Shown piece by piece: positions 1 through 7,449 of a stretch of DNA of 12,518 nucleotides. The translations under genes were made by a program, and so were the position numbers. The stretch is from Rhodovibrio sp. (lineage in GTDB: Bacteria; Pseudomonadota; Alphaproteobacteria; Kiloniellales; Rhodovibrionaceae): NCBI GenBank assembly GCA_007127165.1, contig SKZV01000195.1:1-12518 (forward strand), written 5' to 3'. The notes beneath the pieces were generated by a model that saw only the letters and a program-made list of their open reading frames with translations, was not told the origin of the DNA and did not search any database. How positions within the stretch are numbered: position 1 is the first letter of the stretch; every line of letters starts with the position of its first letter.

Positions 1-388
1 CGGCACTGATTGCGGTGATGCTTGCCTGCAGGTGTGCCGCGGCCTCCGGCTCGAAGGACTCGATGTCCGTGAGCAGTTGGCGGGCTTCCTCGATGGCGGC
101 CAGAGCAGCATCGGCAGCCTCGTCGTCCAGGCTGACAACCATGTCCATCGTCCAGTACCGGGTATCGTTATAGGCATCCTGGAGCGCGGAGATTCGGTTG
201 AGCCGGTCGAGCGCTTGGCCCTGCTGCACGACCGCCGTCCGGCTGCCGCTAACCTCTAGGACGTTGAAGCCTGCGATACCGCCGACCAACACGGCCATGG
301 CCACCAGCACCGCGGCCACCTTGATCCGCAAGGAAAGGTCTGCAAGTCCACGGAATCCGGAAAGGTTGCCGTGTTCGATCTTGCTCAT
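1..388 (-). CDS. Membrane-anchored sensory protein, N-terminal part (methyl-accepting chemotaxis protein / sensor-kinase-like ligand domain). The 3' end lies outside the window.
   Basis: This minus-strand frame is open from ATG at 388 to the window edge, so it is absent from the supplied track (no stop in the window). GAGG lies about 5 nt upstream of the ATG. My translation reads MSKIEHGNLSGFRGLADLSLRIKVAAVLVAMAVLVGGIAGFNVLEVSGSRTAVVQQGQALDRLNRISALQDAYNDTRYWTMDMVVSLDDEAADAALAAIEEARQLL... That is a short cytoplasmic head, one hydrophobic TM helix, then an Ala/Leu/Asp-rich helical segment, as in 4-helix-bundle sensor domains. The family call is by architecture only. Confidence 0.55.
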   Translation of the reverse strand, partial: MSKIEHGNLSGFRGLADLSLRIKVAAVLVAMAVLVGGIAGFNVLEVSGSRTAVVQQGQALDRLNRISALQDAYNDTRYWTMDMVVSLDDEAADAALAAIEEARQLLTDIESFEPEAAAHLQASITAISA

Positions 389-477
389 TGTTGCCTCATG
401 GGATCGCTCGCGCCGGATATGCGATGGTATGACTCGTCAAGAATTTATGGATCATCGAAACCTCACTTTACGCGCAG

Positions 478-643
478 ACCGGTAAGTAATAATCTCATAA
501 TTGCTATATTAAACATTACGTATATCGAATATATTGCTGTTCCTAGAAACAAATAACCGCATTCGACGGAAAATATCATCATTTTTGTAGGGGAAAGCTT
601 GCGTAATATATTTCGTGTACATAAAAACAGAAGTGAGGAAGAA
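478..643. promoter_or_regulatory. AT-rich divergent intergenic or promoter region between the sensor gene (minus) and the DUF3047 gene (plus)
   Basis: My hand count for 481-600 gives 37 G+C out of 120 (about 31%), while the flanking coding DNA is clearly above 60% GC. The region contains a small inverted repeat TATAT-cga-ATATA (521-533) and several TA-rich hexamers. I could not place a convincing -35/-10 pair. Confidence 0.4.
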
Positions 644-1351
644 ATGAGACTTGCTTGGCCGAGGCTCAACAGCCCAACGGCGCTTCGCTGGGTTTTGGCG
701 ATACTGGTCTCCACAGCCGGGGCAGCACTGGTCTCCACTGTCGGGGTGGCGGTAGCCGGATCGATTCCGGGGGTCGGCACCGTCTTCACACCACGGGACA
801 TGGCGGCATGGGACGAAAGGAATTTTGCGGGCAGAACAGAGTACGAGGTTGTCGAGATGGCTGGGCGCGAGGCTCTTGAAGCGCGCTGCGACAACGCGGG
901 CTCCGCGCTCTATCTCGATCGCGAGGTCGACCTGCGCGAGACGCCGGTCATGGAATGGTCCTGGCAGGTGGAGGGGACGTTCGGTGCGGACATCGACGAG
1001 AGCGTCAAGGCGGGTGACGATTTCCCCGCCCGCGTTTACGTCGTGGTGGACGGCGGCTTGATGCGCTGGCGGACGCGAGCGGTTACCTACGTATGGTCCA
1101 GCGCGACGGAGAAACTCTCCGACTGGCCCAACCCCTATGCAAGTCAGGCGCGGATGGTTGCCATGCGGTCGGGCCCGCCGGAGCAACCGGGGAAGTGGAA
1201 GAACGAGCGGCGCAACGTACGGAAGGATTTCCGCCGCTTCCATGGCCGCGACCTCGATGCGATCGACGGTGTGGCGTTGATGACCGACTGCGACGATCTC
1301 GAGTCGACCGCCCGCGCCTGGTACGGGGAAATCCGCTTCGTGCCGGAGTAG
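644..1351 (+). CDS. DUF3047-family protein with N-terminal signal or anchor (function unknown)
   Basis: This is the track ORF 599..1351. I prefer ATG 644, which has the purine-rich GAGGAAGAA directly upstream, over TTG 599. There is an N-terminal hydrophobic stretch, ALRWVLAILVSTAGAALVSTVGVAVAG. The motifs GDDFPARVYVVV, YVWSS and ALMTDCDD...ARAWYGEIRF match my recollection of Pfam DUF3047. Confidence 0.7.
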   Translation: MRLAWPRLNSPTALRWVLAILVSTAGAALVSTVGVAVAGSIPGVGTVFTPRDMAAWDERNFAGRTEYEVVEMAGREALEARCDNAGSALYLDREVDLRETPVMEWSWQVEGTFGADIDESVKAGDDFPARVYVVVDGGLMRWRTRAVTYVWSSATEKLSDWPNPYASQARMVAMRSGPPEQPGKWKNERRNVRKDFRRFHGRDLDAIDGVALMTDCDDLESTARAWYGEIRFVPE

Positions 1352-1424
1352 CCCGAGGAGCGGCGCCGCTCACCATTCATTTACTGTTGGTGCGATACGA
1401 TGGCTTCGGCATGGAGGTCCCCGG

Positions 1425-1853
1425 ATGATAAAGCAGTGGAGCGAGCAGCGGCGGCATCAGCGTTACGCGGTGGAGTGGCGCGCACGGCTCATCGTCGGGT
1501 CCGGGGGGTACGACATTGCGCGCGACACCGTTGCCTGCGCCGTCCTCAACATCTCCGCGGGCGGCGCCAAGGTTTCGCTGGATCTGTTGCCGCAATGGCT
1601 GAGCGCGCGGCTGGACGCTTGCGCCGTCGGTTTGCCGGTATCGCTGGTGTTGACGACGCTTGCCCCTCTGGCGGGAAAGATTGCGTGGCGGCGTGACCGG
1701 GACATCGGGATTCGCTTTGACTCCGCCTTCCACGTGGCGCTCCATATGCGCCCGCTCACCGAAGCGGCGGAGATGGAACGGAAGCCGGCGCGAGTCACCT
1801 ACACCAGCCTTTGGTTCGTGAGGCGATTCAGATATCAAGCCGAAGTGGCTTGA
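1425..1853 (+). CDS. Stand-alone PilZ-domain protein (putative c-di-GMP receptor)
   Basis: Both halves of the PilZ c-di-GMP signature are present: RxxxR (R9-R10-H-Q-R13 in EQRRHQRY) and D/NxSxxG (NISAGGAKV). GGAGG lies about 7 nt upstream of the ATG, and third codon positions are GC-rich. Confidence 0.8.
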   Translation: MIKQWSEQRRHQRYAVEWRARLIVGSGGYDIARDTVACAVLNISAGGAKVSLDLLPQWLSARLDACAVGLPVSLVLTTLAPLAGKIAWRRDRDIGIRFDSAFHVALHMRPLTEAAEMERKPARVTYTSLWFVRRFRYQAEVA

Positions 1854-1860
1854 GATCATC

Positions 1861-1971
1861 GCGCTCTAGAGCATTTTCCGGCGAAGTGGACACCGGTTCG
1901 CCGCTAGAAAATGCGCAAAAACCAGAATCTAGAGCGCCGTTCCGATTCAATCGGAACGAAATGCGCTCTAG
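1861..1971. repeat. Composite palindromic intergenic repeat, copy A (MITE/REP-like, CTAG-bounded)
   Basis: Module 1 hairpin: GCATTTTC-CGGCGAA-[gtggacaccgg]-TTCGCCG-cta-GAAAATGC (1871-1914). Module 2 hairpin: CTAGAGCGC-CGTTCCGA-[ttcaa]-TCGGAACG-aaat-GCGCTCTAG (1929-1971). There is also a 10-bp palindrome GCTCTAGAGC at 1863-1872. A diverged copy occurs in the opposite orientation at about 11665-11778. Confidence 0.8.
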
Positions 1972-2297
1972 CCAGCCAGATGGACCACGACCACGCCGCC
2001 AATGATCATGGCGATTCCAGCCGCCTTTACGACGCTGAACGCCTCACCGAAGAAAAACGTGCCGACAAAGGCGACGCCGACCACGCCGAGCCCGGCCCAG
2101 ATCGCGTAGACCATCCCCACCGGCAGGACCCGCAGCGTCTGCGCCAGCAGGATAAACGCTAGGCCATAGCCCGCGATGACCACGGCGGAGGGCGTGAGCC
2201 GGGTGAGGCCGTCCGAAGCCTTCAGCGCGGAGGTGGCGATAACCTCACTGAAGATCGCCACCGTGAGAGTGACATAGGCGAGCAGCGTTGCGGTCAT
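1968..2297 (-). CDS. SMR-family small multidrug efflux transporter (EmrE/QacE-like)
   Basis: The protein is 109 aa with four hydrophobic segments. It has the conserved membrane-embedded Glu in TM1 (AIFSEVIATSALK) and the typical WAGLG/GV-rich TM3. Its start ATG overlaps the tetR stop (ATGA at 2294-2297). Confidence 0.9.
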   Translation of the reverse strand: MTATLLAYVTLTVAIFSEVIATSALKASDGLTRLTPSAVVIAGYGLAFILLAQTLRVLPVGMVYAIWAGLGVVGVAFVGTFFFGEAFSVVKAAGIAMIIGGVVVVHLAG

Positions 2298-2893
2298 TCC
2301 GGCGCACTCCCGCCGAGGCGCGTCAAGGCCTCCAGCTTGCGCAACACCCGTGCGCGTTCTTCCGGTTCAAGGACGGGGAGGCCGAAAACGTCGTTCATCC
2401 ATAGCCCATCGGCGGCGAGGCGGACCACATGCGCGAGCTCCGGATCGATCCCGTCGTTCGCGCTGGCGGCCGCCCACTCCCGCATGTGTTTGTGGAGACG
2501 GCGCAGCAAGGCCGGTTCGTTCAGGCAGGCCGCGAGAATCGCCATTTCCAGGCGCGATTGGGTGCCGGACTCGTCGCGCTCCGCCAACATGCAGGCCTTG
2601 AGGTACCCACGAACCCAACTTCCGGGGGTGTCGTCGGAGGCGCGATACGCCGCGACCTGAGAGTCCGTAACGTCCACGAGCTGGTCGAGCATCGCGCCAA
2701 TCAAGGCGTCCTTGGTCGCGTAGTGGTAGATCAACCCGCCCTTGCTGAGCCCGGCTTCCGTGGCCACCGCGTCCAGCGTCAACCCCGGTACCCCGTCGCG
2801 CAGGATCACACGCGCCGCAGCTTGCAGTAGCTCCTGCTTCGTGTCTTTGCGGGGTGCCCTTGGGCGCGCGGGAGCTGGTTTGTCATCGTTCAT
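2294..2893 (-). CDS. TetR/AcrR-family transcriptional regulator
   Basis: There is an N-terminal HTH (TKQELLQAAARVILRDGVPGLTLDAVATEAGLSKGGLIYHYATKDALIGAML), a helical C-terminal ligand domain, and a total length of 199 aa. The gene is translationally coupled to the downstream SMR gene. Confidence 0.9.
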   Translation of the reverse strand: MNDDKPAPARPRAPRKDTKQELLQAAARVILRDGVPGLTLDAVATEAGLSKGGLIYHYATKDALIGAMLDQLVDVTDSQVAAYRASDDTPGSWVRGYLKACMLAERDESGTQSRLEMAILAACLNEPALLRRLHKHMREWAAASANDGIDPELAHVVRLAADGLWMNDVFGLPVLEPEERARVLRKLEALTRLGGSAPE

Positions 2894-2901
2894 GCCAGAA
2901 A

Positions 2902-2925
2902 ACTATACCGGCCAGTCGGTATAGT
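2902..2925. promoter_or_regulatory. Candidate TetR operator: perfect inverted repeat ACTATACCG-N6-CGGTATAGT
   Basis: I read a 9-bp perfect inverted repeat (2902-2910 and 2917-2925) with a 6-nt spacer. It ends 8 nt upstream of the tetR start codon. The size and symmetry are typical of TetR-family operators. Assignment to this regulator is inference. Confidence 0.5.
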
Positions 2926-3074
2926 CAAATCCTTCTGAAAACCTCTGGCGGTGATCGGCGCAGCCGCAACCCGTTTCAGGGGCCCCACCACATTTCAGGG
3001 GTTTGACAACAAGGGCCATCGCGCGATCTTGTTGCTACACTGACCTTTGAGTCCACGGGACAAGGAAGCCGCAG

Positions 3075-3869
3075 ATGCCCCGCGATTTTCGTTTTGCCCT
3101 GATCACTGGCGCGTCCAGTGGGATCGGCGCCGCATTCGCCCGCGCCCTACCCGAATCAACCGATCTGCTGCTGTCCGGGCGCAATTCCGAGCGCCTCGAC
3201 GCGATCTGCGAAGAGCTACGCGTGGGCGGGCGGGTCGTTGAACCACTGGCGGCGGATCTGCAGGACCCTGCCGACCGGCGCAGGCTGATCGGCCGTGCGG
3301 AGACGCTGGAAATCGACCTGTTGGTGAACAATGCCGGGGTGGGACAGTTCGGCGCGGTGCTCGACAATGACCCGGCGGGGGAGGTGGCGACCGTCGAAGT
3401 GAACTGTACCGCTCCCGTCGAACTCTGCGTCAGCCTTCTCCCCGGAATGATCGACCGCGCCCGCTACCAGGGCGGCAAGGCAGGGCTTATCAACGTGTCT
3501 TCCACCTTTGCAGTACAACCGGTGCCCTACATCGCCACCTACAGCGCCAGTAAGGCCTTCCTTCTAAGCTGGACCGAGAGCCTGGCGGAAGAACTGCGGC
3601 ACAAGCCGATCGAGGTGCTCGCACTCTGCCCCGGCGCGACCCGCACCGGCAGTGCCGAGCGCGCGGGCCTTCGCGGAGAGGTCCCCTGGGCGGTCGAGCC
3701 GGAGAAGGTGGCGCGGGAAGGCCTCCGCGCGCTGGGCCGCTGCTCCGTACACGTCGTTGGTGGAGCCAGCCGCGCGGCGCTCGCCCCCTACTTCCTGCCC
3801 CGGCGGATCGCGGCGGGCGGCCTGCGCGCGATCATGGGCTTTGCGAGCAAGACCGCCAAGCGGAGTTAA
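3075..3869 (+). CDS. Short-chain dehydrogenase/reductase (SDR) family oxidoreductase
   Basis: The protein has the TGxxxGIG cofactor motif (ITGASSGIGAAFA), NNAG, and the catalytic YxxxK (YSASK). AAGGAAG lies about 6 nt upstream of the ATG. Confidence 0.9.
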   Translation: MPRDFRFALITGASSGIGAAFARALPESTDLLLSGRNSERLDAICEELRVGGRVVEPLAADLQDPADRRRLIGRAETLEIDLLVNNAGVGQFGAVLDNDPAGEVATVEVNCTAPVELCVSLLPGMIDRARYQGGKAGLINVSSTFAVQPVPYIATYSASKAFLLSWTESLAEELRHKPIEVLALCPGATRTGSAERAGLRGEVPWAVEPEKVAREGLRALGRCSVHVVGGASRAALAPYFLPRRIAAGGLRAIMGFASKTAKRS

Positions 3870-5311
3870 GGCAGGCTCGGCCGCTTGTCCCACCAGGGGT
3901 GCGCCGCTTCCAGTTGTGCGGCAAGGCGGAACAACCGGTCCTCGCGGCCCATCGGCGCGGCGAACATCACCCCCAGCGGCAGACCTTCCGGCGACCACAC
4001 CAGGGGCACCGACATGGCAGGGCATCCGGTGGCGTTGTAGAGCTGCGTGAAGGGGGAGTAGGCTGCCTGCTGCGCCAGCGCCGCGTCGGTCTCCTCGACG
4101 TTCGTCTGCAGGGTGCCTATGGGAGCGGGTGGCTGGGCCAGGGTCGGCGAGAGAATCACGTCGTAGTCTTCGAAGAAGTAGCCGACGCGCCGCCCGAAAG
4201 CCTGGATCGTAGCGCGTGCCCGCGCATAGTCGGCAGCGCTTCTGCGGCGTGCGCCCTCGGTCAGCGCCACGACCAGTGTTTCGACTTCACCGGCCACCAG
4301 CGGCCGCCCGAGCGCTTGCGCGAGCGCGTCCATATCGACGGCCGCATGGGCGCCGATGACGGTTAGGAAGGCCTCGCCGAAGGCTTCGCTGTCGATGCCC
4401 GGGTCCGCTTCTTCTACGTGGTGTCCCAGAGCTTCACAGAGTTTCGCAGCCTGCTCGGCGGCGGCGCGGCAGACGGGAGCGCTGGGGAAATCGGGGCTGG
4501 CCTCGCGTTGCAGTGCAATCCGCAGGCGACCGGGCGGTGTCTCGACTTCTTGCAGATAGGGCCGGCGCGGCGGCGGGGCGAAATACGGGTCGCCGGTTTC
4601 GGAGCCGGCCACGGCGTCCAAAAGGGCGGCGGAATCGCGCACGCTGCGCGTTACCGCATGGGCCGTGGCGAGGCCGCTCCAGGCTTCCGAAATGACCGGT
4701 CCGAGGGCTGTGCGTCCGCGTGTCGGCTTCAGCCCGAAAAGTCCGCAGCAGGAGGCCGGGACCCGGATTGAGCCGCCGCCGTCGGAGGCGTGCGCCGCCG
4801 GAACCATGCCGCCCGCGACGGCCGCTGCCGCACCGCCGCTGGAGCCACCGGCGCTGTGCCTTAAGCTCCACGGGTTGCGGGTGGGGCCGAACGCGCGGGG
4901 CTCGGTGGTGAAGGAGAGGCCGAACTCGCTGGTATTGGTCTTGCCGAAAATGACCAGGTCAGCCGCTTCCAACCGCTCGACATGGGTGCTAGTAAACCGC
5001 GCGGGAACATCCTTAAGTACGGCGGTTCCGGCTGAGGTAGGGATTCCGACGATCTGAACGCCCAGGTCTTTGATCGGATAAGGAACCCCCGCCAGCGGCC
5101 CCGCGCCGGGCGTGAGCGCGTCGGCGCGCGACTTCGCATAGTCGTAGAGTGGGCGGATGATCGCGTTGAGCTCGGGATTCCGCGCTTCCGTCCGTTCGAT
5201 AGCCCCGTCGAGGGCTTCGCGCGGCGTGATCTGCCTTTCCGCAATCAGCCGCGCAAGCCCCAGCGCATCGTAATCTTCGTAATCGGGAAAGCGCATTCCG
5301 TCGTCAGCCAC
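3866..5311 (-). CDS. Amidase-signature (AS) family amidase
   Basis: The AS signature is [46 protein letters not shown], with the catalytic Lys context PYPIKDL. The track start at 5311 is GTG and overlaps the moaA stop by 8 nt. ATG at 5296 (MRFPDYEDY...) is an alternative start. Confidence 0.9.
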   Translation of the reverse strand: MADDGMRFPDYEDYDALGLARLIAERQITPREALDGAIERTEARNPELNAIIRPLYDYAKSRADALTPGAGPLAGVPYPIKDLGVQIVGIPTSAGTAVLKDVPARFTSTHVERLEAADLVIFGKTNTSEFGLSFTTEPRAFGPTRNPWSLRHSAGGSSGGAAAAVAGGMVPAAHASDGGGSIRVPASCCGLFGLKPTRGRTALGPVISEAWSGLATAHAVTRSVRDSAALLDAVAGSETGDPYFAPPPRRPYLQEVETPPGRLRIALQREASPDFPSAPVCRAAAEQAAKLCEALGHHVEEADPGIDSEAFGEAFLTVIGAHAAVDMDALAQALGRPLVAGEVETLVVALTEGARRRSAADYARARATIQAFGRRVGYFFEDYDVILSPTLAQPPAPIGTLQTNVEETDAALAQQAAYSPFTQLYNATGCPAMSVPLVWSPEGLPLGVMFAAPMGREDRLFRLAAQLEAAHPWWDKRPSLP

Positions 5312-6302
5312 CCGTGACGCTCATGTGGCGCGACACGGAGGGGCGCCGGTTGCGGCGGTCGATGATGAAATCATGCCCCTTCGGCTTCCGGCTTATGGCC
5401 TCCCGGATGGTTTCGCGCAGCGGCTCGTCATCGTCGCTCTGGCGCAAGGGCGCGCGCAGGTCGGCGTCGTCGTCCTGCCCCAGGCACATGTAGAGCATGC
5501 CGGTGCATGTCAGGCGCACACGGTTGCAGCTTTCGCAGAAATTGTGCGTCATCGGCGTGATGAAGCCGATCCGCCCGCCGGTCTCCTCGCAGCGGACATA
5601 GCGCGCCGGGCCGCCGGTCTTGTCGGGAAGGTCGGTCAGCGTGTAGCTTTTCTGCAATTGCCCGCGCAGCATCGAGAGCGGTAGGTACTGATCCAGACGG
5701 TTCTCGCCAACGTCGCCCATCGGCATCACCTCGATAAAGGTAATGTCCCAGCCTTCGCGGTGGGACCACGCGATCATCTTCTCGACCTCGTCGTCGTTCA
5801 CGCCGCGCAGCGCCACCGCGTTGATTTTGATGTGCAGGCCCGCCGCCTTGGCCGCATCCAGCCCGGCCATCACCTTGTCGTAGTTGCCCCAGCGCGTGAT
5901 CGCCTTGAACTTGTCGCGGTCCAGCGTGTCCAGCGAGACGTTCAACCGCCGTATGCCGTAGTCGTAAAGCTGCTGCGCGAAGCGGGTAAGCTGGCTGGCG
6001 TTCGTGGTCAGCGTCAGCTCTTCCAGAGCGCCGCTGTCCAGATGGCGGCTCAACCGCTCGATCAGCCACATGATGTTCCGCCGCACCAGCGGCTCGCCGC
6101 CGGTCAGGCGCAGCTTCTTCACGCCCATGTCGACGAAGGTGCTGCACAGCCGGTCCATCTCCTCCAGGCTGAGTAGTTCCTTCTTCGGCAGGAAGGTCAT
6201 GTCTTCGGCCATGCAGTAAACACAGCGGAAATCGCAGCGATCGGTCACCGAAACACGAAGGTAGGTGATGTCGCGGTCATAAGGATCGACCAGGTTCGTC
6301 AT
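5304..6302 (-). CDS. moaA: GTP 3',8-cyclase MoaA (molybdenum cofactor biosynthesis, radical SAM)
   Basis: The protein has an N-terminal radical-SAM cluster motif (CDFRCVYCM), a C-terminal auxiliary cluster ([13 protein letters not shown]...C), and a C-terminal Gly-Gly. It is 332 aa, and AGAGGGG lies about 8 nt upstream of the ATG. Confidence 0.95.
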   Translation of the reverse strand: MTNLVDPYDRDITYLRVSVTDRCDFRCVYCMAEDMTFLPKKELLSLEEMDRLCSTFVDMGVKKLRLTGGEPLVRRNIMWLIERLSRHLDSGALEELTLTTNASQLTRFAQQLYDYGIRRLNVSLDTLDRDKFKAITRWGNYDKVMAGLDAAKAAGLHIKINAVALRGVNDDEVEKMIAWSHREGWDITFIEVMPMGDVGENRLDQYLPLSMLRGQLQKSYTLTDLPDKTGGPARYVRCEETGGRIGFITPMTHNFCESCNRVRLTCTGMLYMCLGQDDDADLRAPLRQSDDDEPLRETIREAISRKPKGHDFIIDRRNRRPSVSRHMSVTGG

Positions 6303-6441
6303 CTAAGGCCCCTCTGTTATCCATGTCGCGCCGCGCCGCCGCGCGTCTGTCTGACATGACTGATTTGACCATAAGCGATATGTCTTGCCAACCATATCGA
6401 AAGAAAAATTCCGTGAAACCGGCACGAACTATACCAGTGGG

Positions 6442-7449
6442 TTATGCCCCCTGACCGGCCTCGCGTGGTGCGGCGGCGCGTTGCAGGCGGTCGTTGATCG
6501 CCTGTCCCAATCCCCGGTTCGGGATCGCCATGGCGGCGATGGCGACGAGATCCGGCCGGTCCAGCTCGTGCAGATACGCAAAGAGGTTGGCTGCCGCTTC
6601 TTCCAGATCGCCGCGCGGACTGAGGTTTCGGACGACCGCCGCGCCCTCCGGCGGTTCCGGCCCGAAGGCGAGCAAGGCTTCATCCGGGCGGACCGAGGTT
6701 GCATTGAGGCGAAGCGGCAGGCCGGGGGCGTAGTGACTTGGCAAGCGGCCGGGAGAGTGCGGTGCAGCCGCGTCGCCGGCGCGCTCCGCGACCTCGCCGA
6801 GCAGCGCCTCCAGTGTCTCACGCGGCAGGCCGCCCGGGCGCAGCAGCACCGGAGTCTCGCCTGTCAGGTCGAGCACCGTGCTTTCCAACCCGACCGGGCA
6901 GGGGCCGCCGTCCACAATCAGGCTCACCCGCCCGCCGAGCGAGGCAGCCACATGTTGGGCCGTCGTGGGGCTGATCCGGCCCGAAGCATTGGCGCTCGGT
7001 GCGGCGATCGGAAGGGCGGCGGCGCGCAGCACGGCCTGCGCCACGGGATGCGCAGGAACCCGAATCGCCAAAGTGTCCAGCCCCGCGCTTGCCAGCCGAG
7101 CGATTGGCGAGTCCGCGCGGCGCGGCAGTACGAGGGTCAGCGGACCGGGCCAGAACGCCCGAGCCACGCGCAACGCCCGCGCGTCGAAGCAGGCAAGCGC
7201 CTCAGCCGCTTCGATGCCTGGAACGTGGACGATCAGCGGGTTGAAACGCGGGCGCTCCTTGGCCGCGAAGATACGGGCAACGGCCTCCTCGCTGGTCGCG
7301 TCGCCGCCAAGCCCGTAAACCGTCTCGGTGGGGAAGGCCACAAGCCGCCCGGCGCGCAGCAACCTTCCAGCCTCCGCAATCGCATCGGGGGCGTCGGCCG
7401 GGCGGATCTCAGGGGACTTGGCGGTAGGGGATTGCATGACAGGGCGCAC
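6442..7449 (-). CDS. tsaC: L-threonylcarbamoyladenylate synthase, long Sua5/TsaC form (tRNA t6A biosynthesis)
   Basis: YrdC-domain motifs are present (LVAFPTETVYGLGGDA, KERPRFNPLIVHV), followed by a C-terminal Sua5-type domain. The length of about 330 aa fits the two-domain form. The start is uncertain: GTG 7449 or ATG 7437. Neither has a strong SD. Confidence 0.88.
   Translation of the reverse strand: MRPVMQSPTAKSPEIRPADAPDAIAEAGRLLRAGRLVAFPTETVYGLGGDATSEEAVARIFAAKERPRFNPLIVHVPGIEAAEALACFDARALRVARAFWPGPLTLVLPRRADSPIARLASAGLDTLAIRVPAHPVAQAVLRAAALPIAAPSANASGRISPTTAQHVAASLGGRVSLIVDGGPCPVGLESTVLDLTGETPVLLRPGGLPRETLEALLGEVAERAGDAAAPHSPGRLPSHYAPGLPLRLNATSVRPDEALLAFGPEPPEGAAVVRNLSPRGDLEEAAANLFAYLHELDRPDLVAIAAMAIPNRGLGQAINDRLQRAAAPREAGQGA

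Noticed and set aside
1811-2162. Small ORFs running through the repeats (1811..2005, 1911..2162, 11705..11911) as real small proteins.
   Set aside because: They are translations of the palindromic repeat elements, giving similar peptides (SGEVDTGSP...) from both copies. They overlap the SMR gene or the operon spacer and have no RBS. The peptide similarity reflects DNA repeat conservation, not coding.
6303-6441. A Moco (moaA-motif) riboswitch in the moaA leader.
   Set aside because: I read the minus-strand leader and did not recognise the conserved Moco-riboswitch core segments as I remember them. Only a generic GC-rich hairpin and the CGATATG/CATATCG repeat are present. An Infernal scan with the Rfam Moco model would be decisive, and I cannot run it.
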